64,000 bases of DNA from the human T2T-CHM13v2.0 reference genome, Homo sapiens: the NCBI RefSeq assembly GCF_009914755.1, contig NC_060937.1, one strand, 5' to 3'. Positions within the stretch are counted from its first letter, which is position 1; the number at the start of each line of letters is the position of its first letter. The translations under genes and the position numbers were made by a program. The notes under the pieces were generated by a model. The model was not told the origin of the DNA and searched no databases. It saw only the letters and a list, made by a program, of their open reading frames with translations. This document shows, in pieces, positions 12,912 through 28,762 of this stretch.

Positions 12912-13109
12912 TATTCTAAATGCAACATGGAAATAGCAAGAAGATGACAGTTAAGTTTACAAAAAAGAATTGAATGTCCCCAGTCTCTCACACTTTTAAG
13001 TATTACAAAGTACTAAAGTTCTCAATAAAGAAAGCCATTAATATCCAAATATTCATGACAAGTAACATTAGTGTGGCGTGATTTGGCCCCTGTCCCAATG
13101 AATACACAA

Positions 13110-13900
13110 AGTATATACGTAAGCAATTCATAAGCAAGAAAAACACAAATGTCATTAACAAACATTTAAGAAAATACCTGACCTCATTTCACATTAAAGC
13201 AACGAGGTATGTATCAAATTTTAGCTATAACGTCAGAAAAGTTGAGACAAAGAGGAGAGAGAGCTTGCCTACTGTTGGAAACCCCTGCACAGTCTGTATG
13301 TCTGAAGACTGCACCCTTTTTGGAAAGAAATATGGCAATGCATATTAAAAGCCTGAAAAACAGTCATACATTTTTATCCATTAATTCTACTCCTGGGAAT
13401 CTATCCTAAATAAATAACCTAAAATTCAGAAAAGGCATTAGGCAAAAATATTTCCATTACAGCATGGTTTATCATAATGAAAACTTCGAAACAACTTTCC
13501 TACCCAACATCAAAGAGATGGTTAATCCAAATAGTACAATCCAGGGGTGATATTCAAAATAATTCCTAGCTGTATTTCATAAAGCATGGCATGTCCAGTT
13601 GGAACACATGCCAGCCCATCAGCATGGACACCAGCCTGACAGCCACACAGATGTGCACTGTGAGAGTACCAGACTTGTGCAACCACACTTTGAATGTGCT
13701 TCAGAAAGCCGTGGAAACGTTTATGAGGGTTTCCTAGAAAACGGGGAAACACTTATTATAAGTAAATATATATTTGAAAAGAGAAAAAGACTGATGAAAC
13801 TATAATAAAGTGTTAACCATGGTCATCTCTGAATCTTGGGATAATAGATTTTTTCTTCTTTATGGTTGATTTCATGTTTATAATCAGAAAAAATTTGAAA
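13110..13900 (+). mobile_element. L1ME 3' region
   Basis: 'ctttttggaaagaaatatggcaatgcatattaaaagcc', 'aattctactcctgggaatctatcctaa' and 'gtgttaaccatggtcatctctg'. Confidence 0.7.
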
Positions 13901-14169
13901 TTGTTTCAGCAGCATAGTTCTAAATGTTCAAATGTCTTCACTTATCTGCCCCAAGACTTCCATGGGATAGGGATACCATCTTTCAGCCTAACAGGAGTGC
14001 ATGTTAATTGATTTTTCATGCCCATCCGTAGAACAGTCTGGAAAACATTATCCACAGTTAAAGTAATTAAGAGAGCGATTGCACTTTTGTGCTTTATCAG
14101 ATAATATTTCGCCCACTGTTTTGGTAACATCTAGAGATTTTAAAATTATATTTAGGAGGTAAATCTAAC

Positions 14170-14482
14170 TTTCATAAATTAAAATTTTTATGGAAATAAA
14201 CATGGATTCACATGCAGTTGTAACAAATAATAGGGACAGAGCCCATGTACTTTTTATTCATTTTACCCCAATGTTAGCTTCTTTCAAAACCATAGTACAA
14301 TATTACAACAAGGATGCTAATATTGAGACAATCCACCTGTCTTATGCAGATTTCCCCAGGTTTACTTGTACTCTGTGTGTGTGTGTGTATGCGTATTAAT
14401 TCTATACAGCTTCATCACATCTATATTTGTACACCCATGACCATAGTCAAGACACAGAGCTGCTCCACACCACAGGGATCCC
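14170..14482 (-). mobile_element. L1MC/MD 3' end (antisense)
   Basis: 'gattcacatgcagttgtaacaaataatag...aaaccatagtacaatattacaacaagga...gatttccccaggtttacttgtactc'. Confidence 0.75.
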
Positions 14483-15653
14483 CTGGGCTGACTTGCTTCT
14501 GGCTCCCAAATTGCAAGCCATGTAACCTATCATTAGCCAACTTGTGTACTCACCTCTGCAGTGCATAATTCACATTATGCATTCTCCTATTACAGTCAGA
14601 GCTTGTGAAATCTCTGATATCTAACATCCTAAAACACGGAAAGTATTATTAAAGAAAAAAATCAGTGGAAGTACAGGGATGTAACTTTTTCTCCATGGCT
14701 GTAACCACACACAGTGGAAAAGATGCTGAATCTACAAGGATGTTCCTGCATCTACCAGGTGGTTAGACTTGAAAAGGGTGCTTTGGTCAGGATACTCTCC
14801 TTATCAAAGAAACTCAAGGGGTTTTTATTTTAGTGTCCATTTTAACAAGCCTAGTTTTACAAAATTATTTAAGTAGAGTAAATAGCCCCAGCAGTGCTCT
14901 AAAGAGTTCAGTTTGGTGTCTGTTTATTCACACCAGAGTGTCGGTACTCCCTAATATGCAAGTAGCCTTCTCTAGAAAGAAAGATAAACTAAATCCTCAA
15001 GCTTCCCCTACCACTTTGGACCAAGTTTCCTACCACTTTGGACCAGGAGTGTGCTGGCCATAGCCATTGGTGATGGGCACGGAAGTCAGCAGTTGGGCCA
15101 CAAATTATCACACAAAACTTCCTGAGCAAGCAACAGGTGCACAACCCCGGAACTGAAAGACGAAACCGAAGTGCAAACCATCCTTACAAGTCAGTAAGCT
15201 GGGGGCCAGACCAGACACGGGACTGGCCAGAGAGGCTCATGTGTCATTAGAAGGTGACCTTCATTATCCAAAGACATTAGCCCTGTCCTTTCTGGAGTTT
15301 CACAATTAGTGATAACTCCAAAAGCCACTGCCCACAGTCAGATGTGTGTTGCTTAATGGACTATTGTTGACCGTGAATGTTGTAATGAATACACTTGGCT
15401 GTAGGAAAACGTAGAAGTGTCAATTCAAGAAACAGCTGCACACACAAACATGGCAGCCTAGCCATCTCTAATATATCATAGGCTAATCAGCACTTTTAAA
15501 AACAAATTAAAAGTCATTGTTAGGAATATGAGTATGAATTATCCCATAGAAAGCACCTTCCAAACTACTAGGAAATGCCCCAACATGGAGAGCTGAGGGA
15601 ATCCCCCTGTGCCCGTTGATGCTAGAGTGTATGATGGTGGTCTATTTGCATGG

Positions 15654-16022
15654 TATACTAGTCTACTTGGGCTGCCGTAACAGAATACCACAGATTGGGT
15701 GGCTTAAAAACAGAAATTTATTTTCTCATGGTTCTGGAGTTCAAGGTGCTAGCATGGATGGCTTCTAGTGAGGACACTCTTCCAGGTTTGCAGACAGCCA
15801 CCTTCTTGCTGTGTCCTCACATGGCCTTTTCTCCATGCTTGTGCATCTCTGATGCCTCTTCCTCTTCTTTGCAAGGACACCAGCACTACTGGATTGGAGC
15901 TCCATTCTTATGGTTTCATTTAACCTCAATCACCTCCTTAGAGACCCTATCTCCAAATGCAGCCACGCCAGGGTCAGGGCTTCGGTATATGAATGTAGGA
16001 GGGTACCATTCGGTCTATAACA
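15654..16022 (-). mobile_element. MLT1A/B-type MaLR solo LTR
   Basis: 'gggctgccgtaacagaataccacagattgggtggcttaaaaacagaaatttattttctca...gtgtcctcacatgg...ctataaca'. Confidence 0.85.
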
Positions 16023-16654
16023 GGAGGCTTTGAAAAACTACAGGTTCTAATTAAATTTCAAAAGTCATTCAGGTACCATCTTAAAAGAACAAGTTCTTTT
16101 CTCACACTTAAGAGGTCCCACTTCTGGAGGAAAGGACCCTGGTGTTGAGAACAGCACAGAAAGCAGCAAGTCCTGGAGGTGTGCAGGCTGAGGGGATGCT
16201 TGAGCGGGAGCTGAAAGGTGAGCACCCAGGGATGCCTTCCAACTTCCAGCCCTGTGTTCCACCCTGACAACCCTTTCTAGTCTCACTCCCCCTTTCCCCC
16301 CAGGAGTCAGACTAGAAGAGGACAGTGTTGGAGGTGTTGTTATACCTGTACACGTTCAATTAATACGTTTGGAAATATTTCCTTAACCTCACTCTTCCCT
16401 TTCTTCCTTCTCCCACCAAAATGCCACTAGAATTTTTGCTTATATGAGTTTCATCTACAAAGGACACCCAGAATTTCCACCACATGTCAAACGTGATTTT
16501 TGGCTGACCTTACTGACAACTTCATATTTCTGGAAATTAAGAGGGAGGAAGGTTGAATCAAGGGGTGTCTTAGGCAATATGTTTTGGGTGAAGAACCAAT
16601 AAAATCAGAACAAAATAGTTGCCAAATTTGGATATTGTGATTTACGGGAGTCTT

Positions 16655-16735
16655 CTCCTCTGCTCCCCTTCCCTCCTTTTCCCTCCCCTCTCTTACTCTT
16701 CCCTCCCCTCCTCTTCCCTTCCCTCCTCTTCTTAC
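16655..16735. repeat. Polypyrimidine/polypurine (CT-rich) tract
   Basis: Nearly pure C/T run of about 80 bp. Confidence 0.85.
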
Positions 16736-16809
16736 CTGCTGCCCCCATGGCCAAGTATACAGCTCTTCTGAGACACTTTTGATGTGCTTCGTAAATGCTT
16801 CTTTCTTAT

Positions 16810-16960
16810 CTATGGCTCCCACAACTATGTGAGCTTCTTCAGGACAGGAATTTGGTCTTAGATATTTTTCTATCACCTTGAATATCTCAACCTCCTGCAA
16901 TAGCTTAGGCCATGTCGTCAGCATACCACAAAAATTTTACTGATTTAGAATTAAACAAAT
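16810..16960 (+). mobile_element. L2 3' end
   Basis: 'ctcccacaactatgtgagcttcttcaggacaggaatttggtctta'. Confidence 0.6.
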
Positions 16961-17479
16961 TATTAAAGAGGTAAAGCTAGTTCTCCTTTAATGATGCTGA
17001 TCAAAAACTGGCAAACTGAATGCAAGGGAAACTCTTTTCTAAACTTAAACCATCACTGAATAGGCCCTAATGGAATACAATAGTCATTAAGCACCTACCT
17101 ACTATAGGCAAGGCATTGCTAAATACTACAGATGATACAAACACAAATGAGAAAAATTTCTGTTCTCAAAGAGTTTGAAGCATAAGAGAAGAAATCAGAG
17201 AGGTACCTGGATATTTGTGCTCCATGTTAGGCATTGGCATCGAAATTGGTATTTAAACGGAACGTTCCCAAAGCTTCGGCACATGTGTGGCAGCCCCCAC
17301 ATGGTGCCTACCGAGAAACAGGGCACACATGAGGAAGTCAGGCCATTCCTTCCTTCGCATTCTTTCCTCAAGTGAGAGAGACTGGTGCCTCCGAGTTGAA
17401 GATTCTATCTGAAAACGAAGAGAATTAGGCTTTGATGTCTGTAGCATGTGAACACCGGATGGCCGTTATTAGTTTACTA

Positions 17480-17930
17480 TCCAGTGTTCACCTTCCCACC
17501 CGCTTCTCCTTAAAGAGGCCATGTGGATTTTTATCCCATTATCCTCCCCTGCTCCATGGGCTATGGGGAAGGCTGACACTACATGATGCCAGGGGTGACC
17601 AGGGCAGCATCTTTCCTTCCCTGGCCACAGCATCTGGTCGTTTTACATAAACCATCTGATCAGGGTTCCTCTCAAAATTGTTGCTTGGGAAAATGCTCTC
17701 CGTCTGTGAATTGTCCTGAATTCTTCCCAGAAAACAAGGGACCCAGCTTTCAGACGAAGCGTGACTGCAGAATGCAGGTCTTGATGACATCATCTGGCCT
17801 CTGAATCAATCAACTCTGATATCTGCCCTACTCTGTACTTTCAGCTACATGAGATTTTTAAAAAATCATGTTTTTTGCTTAAGCATTTTGATTTGGGTTA
17901 TCTGTTATTTGTAAAGAATCCTAACTGATA
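17480..17930 (+). mobile_element. Old MLT1 (J/K-like) LTR
   Basis: 'ttccctggccacag' and the terminal 'tgcttaagcattttgatttgggttatctgttatttgtaaagaatcctaactgata'. Confidence 0.55.
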
Positions 17931-19924
17931 GGCACACCATAAAAGGAAAGGTCCAGGAAATTTAAATCATCTTGTATAATTTCTTTGGGAATCCTAGTCT
18001 TTTGGTTAGGACATAGGTGTTTGCTTATAGGCCTCAACTTGAGATGTCTGTGCCAGTGCAGAATGGAAAGGACTTGACATCTAAAGAAGAAATTAATGGT
18101 CTAGTGCTTATCATTGGCCTTGGGAAGTCACTTGTTCATTTTGAGCCTCAGGTTCATCACCTGCCAAACAGGAGAGATGGTGTGTCTCTGGAGTTCTTGT
18201 GAGACACCAATCAATCCAATCATGAATGTGGCGGGCTTGCTCAGAGTGCAAAGTGGATATCAACAACATTTCAACCTGAGCCAATATACACCTCCGTGGA
18301 ATAATGGATGATAAAACCAACTTACCCATTTAGGTGGAATCACTGGTCTACTTGGCAGAGGATCAACAACTCTGCAAAACTTCCAACACAAGCTAGAGCT
18401 GTGGCCGGTGGTACAAGTTACTTCTCACTCCTTCAACACAAGGCCGAGGTGCTAGCCCAGCCAAAAAACATCTTCATAAAGGGACTGAACACTCCCCTGC
18501 CCTAACTATTGCCCCTCTAAGTATTTTTTAATCTCAAATATTTTTTTAAAAAATAGTTAAAGATTACAACCACATTATGCAATCCAGCATCTAAGTAGGG
18601 TAAGAAGAAATTAAAATTCTCCTTTTTTGGAGGTTTGGTCCCATTTGGTGAACATCTTCAGGAACAGTAAGCATAGAGTCCACAGAGAAGAATTTGAGAG
18701 ATGTGAGATGCATCAACTGTGTGTTTTCTACAAACTTGGATTTGACGTCTCATCCTCAATGTCTGGTCTTACTTCGTCACTGATGCCAAATGTTTAACTC
18801 AGAAAGATAAGATTCGAGAAGATGATAAGGGCTGCTCTGTTCTTGTAACACAGGAACATTCATTTTTGCCTCAAAGGAGCTTACAACATATTCAGAAAGG
18901 GGAGCGTGTACTCCCTGGTGTCCCTAGGAAGATCACATAAAACTAAATCACAAAGACATTAAAGTAATAAATCTTTCTTTGTGTGGAACCCAAACTAATC
19001 ACAGGAGTAAGATCCCAAGGGGAGGCAGGGTGAGATGGAGGGGAGGAGAGAAGGAAGAAAGAGGAGGTTTGATGAAGGGTGTTAATTTTTCTCCTTAAAA
19101 ACAACAAAAAACCTATAAACTGCTGTTCCCTCCATCAGTCATTCATTACTGGCCATGAGAGTCTATTCTAAGGTATGTCCCTTGGGTGAAACTGCCTCAA
19201 ACTAAACATTGCATGGCTAAGATAACGGACATGCAGAAGTAAAAGATAGAACTGAAAAGAGATCTCACAAATATTGGCAGCAATCTTTCCCAAAAGTGAA
19301 AATAAAATGAGAAAAAAGAATTGTAATGACTTCATGTATAGCTTATATATATTTGCTTTCAGGTATTATAATAGAGAAAGAGAAAAATCCTTCCTGTAAT
19401 AAAAACCTAACCACTTCTCTCTCCCAAAAGCAGACAGAAAATAAAATGAGATTTTTAAAAATTCAATTACCTAGTGCCAAACATTAACCTGAGATGGATA
19501 CCACATCAACATTAAAATGTAAATTAACACTTTAAGAGAAAACTATCAGTTCTAGAATGAATGGAAACCTCTTTCCTAGGACACTTAAAACATCTTTCAG
19601 CAAATCTAAACAGCTGTCACAAGAGCCAGGCTTCACACGGCATCCCGAGACAGGGGACATGGCCACTCCACATCAAATTAAATTTAATTCATCTATTAGA
19701 ACCACCAATATTGAATGTTTTATTCCCCATATTCCTAGGAAATATAACTTCTGGATAGCACTCCTCTAACTTTTTCCCCTACCCAGAATGTATTCACCTG
19801 CTGTTTTCATTGTTGCAAATACATGTTAATGTTAAAAAAATAAAATAAAACGTAAACACAAAGGCAATTTATTGTTTCTACCACGAAATTCTAAAGCCAA
19901 CAATAACCTCCATAATTATTCACT

Positions 19925-20198
19925 GCCAAGCTCTAACCCACAATGTGACTCTATTTGTAGATGGGGCATATAAGGGGGTAATTATGGGTGGGACCCTAAT
20001 ACAAGAGAGCTGACGCTTTATGAGAAAGGAAGAGACACAAGAGCCCTCTCTCTCTCTCTCTCTGAGGATGCAGTGAGAAGGCAGCCATCTACAAGCCAGG
20101 AAGAGAGTCCTCACTAAGAACTAAATTGGCCAGCAGCTTAGTCCTTAGACTTTCCAATCTCCAGAATTCTGAGAGGCAAATTTCTGTTGTTCAAACCA
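19925..20198 (+). mobile_element. MLT1A-type MaLR LTR fragment
   Basis: 'ctaacccacaatgtgac...gagaaggcagccatctacaagccaggaagagagtcctcac...ctccagaattctgagaggcaaatttctgttgtt'. Confidence 0.85.
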
Positions 20199-20480
20199 AA
20201 ATAAAATTTATACGCTTTCTTTGTGTCAAGGAAAAGAGCTTGTCAGAATTTTTTAAAGGAAAGAAAAGAGAAAATAAACAACTGAAGTCTGAGAACTTGC
20301 TGGTATTCAAGATTAAAAGATGTTAGGCCTTGTTTAAAAATAGTGAGATTACCAAGCTTAGTGATTTCAAGTCAAATCATTTGACATTGACACTTTGGGG
20401 ATATTAATATTCACAACGTGCCAAGAAATTTGATATATGGTGTCCCTTAACTGCTCTTAAGGGAATGGGGTTTTTTTAAG

Positions 20481-20645
20481 TATATCTATCTATCTATCTA
20501 TAGATAGATATATATACCATATACATATATACTATATAGATAGTATATGTATACACGATATATATAGTGTATATATACACTATATATATATATATACTAT
20601 ATTATCTATATAGTATATATAGAGAGAGAGATACATAATATATGT
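20481..20645. repeat. AT-rich (TA)n/(TATC)n compound microsatellite with palindromes
   Basis: Perfect palindromes at 20491-20510 and 20558-20589. Confidence 0.9.
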
Positions 20646-21719
20646 ATTCATTCACATGTAAGCTCACTGTGTATTTAAGGCCGCGATAAATAATGCTGAG
20701 TGCTTTGATACATGAACCACATTCATCTGAGGTTTCTAGGAATTAAATTTAAATCAAATATTGCATAGAAAGTGGCAGCATTTCACTTCAAACTCTTCTC
20801 TTATCAAGCTTTATTTTTACAAAGTCCAGTGCAAATATTGACCATGTTTTATAAATTTCAAAGGATCTTGATTAGAGAGAGCTTTCAGGTAAACAGCTTT
20901 ATTTATCTCCCTTAGTTTCATTGTAGGATTCTGTTCAGGGGAGATTCTGTTCAGGGGATATTCATGTTGGTCAATTAACTATTTTTTCATTAAGTTCCAC
21001 TTAACATACAATTCGCAGTGCTCTAAAGATAAGGTAACCCTACCCCTCAGTTAGCATCTGGGGTTAGCATTTTAGCACTCTCAACAGTGAACAAGTTTGG
21101 GAGAGGACTCACATGCTTACTCTAGAATTTCCATTTGGTGAAACACAATGAAAACAATGGGGTGGGGGAGGTTGGGCAGATGCGGAAGTTCGAGGAATTC
21201 ACAGAGCAATAATGAACCAAAGCCCAGTCTATCCACGTAGGTGGATGTTCACATGAGCACGAACAGGGAGAGGGAGGCCAAGGAAAGGCCTGCCTGCGTG
21301 GCAGAGCATGGCTGTGCAAGACTTAACAGACTGTGTCCCGCTCCCTGTGTCACACAGTGGGCTCATCCCATGTCCTGTGAGCTTGGTTATGGTTAACAGG
21401 AGAGCACCCTGGCCCGGCTGAGTATCAGCCCCTGCCACCAGGGTGCCATGCTGCTTCTCAATGGGAAGGTGCAATGGGCAGAGCTGGAGATCTTCTCAGT
21501 CCTTCATATTCTTGTGATGGAATCACAGAGTCACTGCTCTCCAGGATGTTTGTGATCCACTGGCTTAGTCCTACATTAAAAAAAAAGGTGAGAAGGCTGA
21601 GGGTCAGTGAGGGGAAATGACTTGCCTGGCATCGCAGGGGTATTCATCCCATTGGCAGGACCAGTGCAGGTGCCCAAATCCCCATCTTCCCATTCTCATG
21701 GAGTCATCATCATTGCCAT

Positions 21720-21945
21720 CATCATTGCAGCTGGCCCTTATGAAGCACTTTCTGTGTTAGGCATGGCATTGAGCAATTTTACTTGAAATATCTCACTAAC
21801 CCTTCAAAATTAATCAGTGCATTAAGGATTTTGTTATCACCATTTTATATGCAAGAATGAGAATTCATGATATAAAGGTCTAACAGCTATTAAGTTCTAG
21901 GGGCAATGATTGAACAAAAGTAGTTTACTTCACTACACCAACCCT
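21720..21945 (-). mobile_element. MIR fragment
   Basis: 'agcactttctgtgttaggcatggcattgagcaattttacttg...ttatcaccattttatatgcaag'. Confidence 0.6.
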
Positions 21946-22078
21946 GAATCACTTATTTGATTTCTACAAAGCACCCAGAGGATTGTTCCTTTCTCACCTT
22001 AAATGGGACAGCCCAGAGATTCGGGAGTTCATGTCTTATAGGCAATCTCAAGTCCAAGGGAAGAGGAGATGTGATTTT

Positions 22079-23563
22079 ATGTTTTTTTAAAATGTTTTAT
22101 ATGTGTCTTTATTTTTATTATTATTGTATATATATTTAAGGTCTGTAGCATATTTTGACACATATACACATAGTGAATGATTACTACAGTCAAACACATT
22201 AACATTCATCACCTCACTTAGAGATCTCGTGTGTGCATGTGGTAAGAGCACCTAAAATCGAATCTCTTAGCAAACTTTGAGGATACACACACAAAAAAAA
22301 TGTAATTAACTATATTGCACCTGCTGGACCTCAGAGCTCTAGGCTTATTCAGTCTACATACCTGAAAGTTTGTACCCTTCCATCTACATCTCCCTATCTT
22401 CTTCCCCTCCTTACCCCTGGTAACCAACATTCTACTCTGTTTCTATGTATTTGACTTTTTAAAAAAAATTCCACATATAAGTAAGATCATGTAAATATTT
22501 TTCTTTCTGTGTCTGCCTGTTTCACTTAGCATAACATCCCCCAGGTTTACCCATGTTGTCACAAATGGCAAGATATCTTTCTTTTTTAAGGATGACATGT
22601 ACACACACACACAGGCACACACACACACACACACACACCACTGTTTCTTTCTCTATTCATTCACTGACAAACATTGGGGTGGTTTCCCCATCTTGGCCAT
22701 GGTGAATAGTACCGCAGTAACATAGGAGCACAGATCTCTTGGTGAGGTGCTGGTTTCATTTCCTTTGGGTTTATACCCAACAGAGGGATTTCTGGGTCAT
22801 GTGGTAGATCTATTTTTAATTATTTTGAGGAAACTGCATAGTGTTTTCCATAATGGCAGCTCTTTTTTACATTCCCACCAGGGTTCCCTTCTCTCCACAT
22901 CCCTGCTAATTCTTGTTCTCTCTTGGCTTTTTTGGTAACAGCCATCCTAACAGGTGTGAGGTGCTATCTCATTGTGGTTTGGATTTGCGTTTCCCTGATG
23001 GTTACAGATGTTGAGGCTGTTTTGTCTATCTGTTGGCCATTTGTATGTCTTCTTTTAAAAAAGAAGGACCTATTGCAAACTTTTTGCTCATTTTTTAATT
23101 GGATTATTTGTTTTTTGTTTTTTGGGTTTTTTATTGTTTGTTTGTTTGTTTTGCTATTTAGTTGTGCAAGTTCCTTATATGTTTTGGATACTAACTCCTA
23201 ATCAGATGTATGGTTTGCAAATATGTTGTCTCATCCCATAGGCTGTCTCTTTCCTTTGCTGACTGTTTCCTTTGCTGTACAAAGTTTTTAATTTGATATA
23301 GTCACACTTGGTTATTTTTGCTGTTTTTGCCTGAGCTTTTGGTGTGATTAAAAAAAAAAAAGCATTGCTAAGGCCAATATCAAGGAGTTTTCTTCTTATG
23401 TTTTCTTCCAGGAGTTTTAGTTTCAAGTCTTCTGTTTAGGTCTTTAATTCACTTTGAGCTGATTTTTGTGTATGGTGTGAGACAAGAGCCCATTGTCATT
23501 CCTTTGAATGTGTATATCCAGTTTTCCTGCACAATTTATTGAAGAAACCATCCTTTCTCCACT
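22079..23563 (-). mobile_element. L1MA 3' (non-inverted) portion of a 5'-inverted element
   Basis: Antisense 3' UTR and ORF2 C-terminus ('MKLKLLEENIRRKLLDIGL'). TSD gtgatttt at 22071-22078 / 27101-27108. Confidence 0.85.
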
Positions 23564-24112
23564 AACATATGCAAATCAATCAGTGTGGCATACCACATAA
23601 CCTCATGGTCATCTCAGTCGATGGAGAAAAAGCATTTGACACAGTTCAACATCCTTTCATGATAAAAACTCTCAACAAAATAAGTACAGAAGAAAATTCC
23701 TTCAACATACTAAATGCTATTTGTGAAAATTCCACAGCTTATATTGTAATCAATAAGGGAAAACAGAGCTTTTTCTCTAAGATCTAGTACAAGGCAAAAA
23801 TGCCCAATCTCACTACTTCTATTCAACATAATATTAGAAGTAATAGCAAGAGCAATTGGACAAGAAAAAAATCATCAGAGACAACCAAACCAGACAGGAG
23901 GAAGGAAAGTTATCCCACTTTGCAGATAACATGGAGAAAAAAGTGTTACAACTAATCAATGAATTCAATAAAATAGCAGAATACAAAATCAACATACAAA
24001 AAATCAGTGGCATGCCGCTTCACCAATAACAATCTATTCAAAAAAGATACCAAGAAAACAATCTCACTTACAATAGCAACAAAAAGAGTAAGATACTTAA
24101 GAATGAAGTTAA

Positions 24113-24391
24113 TATTTTATTGAGAATTTTTGCATCAATGTTCATCAAGGATATTGGTCTAAAATTCTTTTTTTTTGTTGAGTCTCTGTCAGGCATTGGT
24201 ATCAGGATGATGCTGGCCTCATAAAATGAGTTAGGGAGGATTCCCTCTTTTTCTATTGACTGGAATAGTTTCAGAAGGAATGGTACCAGCTCCTCCTTGT
24301 ACCTCTGGTAGAATTTGGCTGTGAGTCCGTCTGGTCCTGGACTTCTTTTGGTTGGTAAGCTATTAATTATTGCCTCAATTTCAGAGCCTGT
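24113..24391 (-). mobile_element. Inverted 5' segment of L1PA4/5-like element
   Basis: Antisense ORF2 '[36 protein letters not shown]...[16 protein letters not shown]'. Confidence 0.95.
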
Positions 24392-26808
<2,417 letters not shown>

Positions 26809-27800
26809 AAGAATGAAGTTAACCAAAGAATTACAAGATCTGTACAGAGAAAACTGTAAAACACTGATGAAAGAAATTGAAAAAGACATGAATAAATGAA
26901 AAGCTATCCTGTGTTCATGGACTGGAGGAATTAACATTGTTGAAACGTTTATATTACCCAAAGCAATCTGTAGATTCGTGCAATTCCTACCAAAATTCCA
27001 ATGGCATTTTTCACAGAAGTAGAAACAAGTAATTCTAAAATGTTTATGGAACCACAAACGACCCCAAACAGCCAAAACAATCTTGAGGAAAAAAACGAAG
27101 GTGATTTTAAAGCTTTCTCAGCACGCTTGCCTGAAAAAATGTTTTATCTGCCCACTCAGCTCAAACTGGAAAAGAACATCTCAGCCTCCTCCTTGCAAAT
27201 GAGCAAGTGAAGGTCCCCAGTGGGAATCAGCTGTTCCCTCGTGAGTCCTTTACTTAAGAAGCCCTTGGGGGATTGGTTGTGTCTTTAACTTCTGTCCTTA
27301 TAAAGAAGGCGAGAGCACTCAACGGAAACCGAGCTTGAAGAGTTCTGCAGGAAGGACATTTGTGAAGGCTCAGGTCAACTGTCAGCTTCGGAATGCCTGC
27401 CAACCCTCACCCACCCCGAGCTCTTGGACTGCACAGAAACCTCCCGGCTTAAGTGGGAGACATGCGGGCAGATCCCGTTCTCCACACTTGGGGACTCCAG
27501 AGGCCTTGGTAGATCACATTGTGGTTGCTGGCAGGAAGGTTGAAACTCATCCCAAGAACCTCAAAAACATCTCCAAGAAACACTCCTTGATGCGGCCGTC
27601 CATCACCGAAGGGATAGACGCGTCCCTCCCATCCTGTTTCCCAGCCTTGTCAGAAGAGCATGGCAACCATCATCAACCTTCTAGGGGTCCTGCTCCGGAA
27701 CTGTCGTCCCCTTCAGGGCCCTGCTGTGCAAGACCTGGCCTCTTTCCCCACAGCCCAGCCTCCCCGGAAATGTACTGAGATAGCCACTCCATTGGCACTT

Positions 27801-28762
27801 GCACACACAGACACACATGCCACACACAGACATACACACCACACACTCACACTACACACACACACCACACACACACTACACACATACAGACACACACACA
27901 GACACACACACCACACATACACCCCACACACAGACACACCACAGCCACACACACCACACACACACACCACACACTCAGACACATCACACACACACTACAC
28001 ACACACACAGACACACACCACACACACATTCTACACACACAGGCACACACACACCACACACACACACGCCACACACAGAGACACACACATCACACAGCGC
28101 ACACACCACACATACACCATGCACACAGACACACACACAGATACCACACACACACCACACACACAGATACCACACACACACCACACACTCAGACATACAC
28201 ACCACACACACATACACACCATACACAAAACACACACAACACGCAGACATATACACACAAATACACACATACCACACAGACACTCAAACCACACACAGAG
28301 ACACACACCACACACATTCCACACAGACACACACACACCACACAAATACAGACACACACCACACACACAGACCACACACAGAGCGACTCACACACCACAC
28401 AGAAACACACACCACACATACACCACACACACAGAAACACATACAGACACCACACAGACACATACACACACAAACACACACCACACAGACACACAAACAC
28501 ACATACCCCCCACACACCATTCATACACCATACACACAGAGAGAAACACACCACACATATACCACACACACACAGACACCCAGGCACACACACCACACAC
28601 ACACACCACAGAGAGACACACACACATCAAAGACACACACACCACACACAGACACACACACCACACACAGACACATACACACACACAAACACACCCCACA
28701 CACAGACATACACACACAAACACACACCACACATAGTCGCACACACACAGATACACACACAC
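27801..28762. repeat. Complex CA-rich low-complexity repeat/VNTR (~960 bp)
   Basis: Interrupted (CA)n with recurring cacacagacacacaccacaca-like units. Confidence 0.95.
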
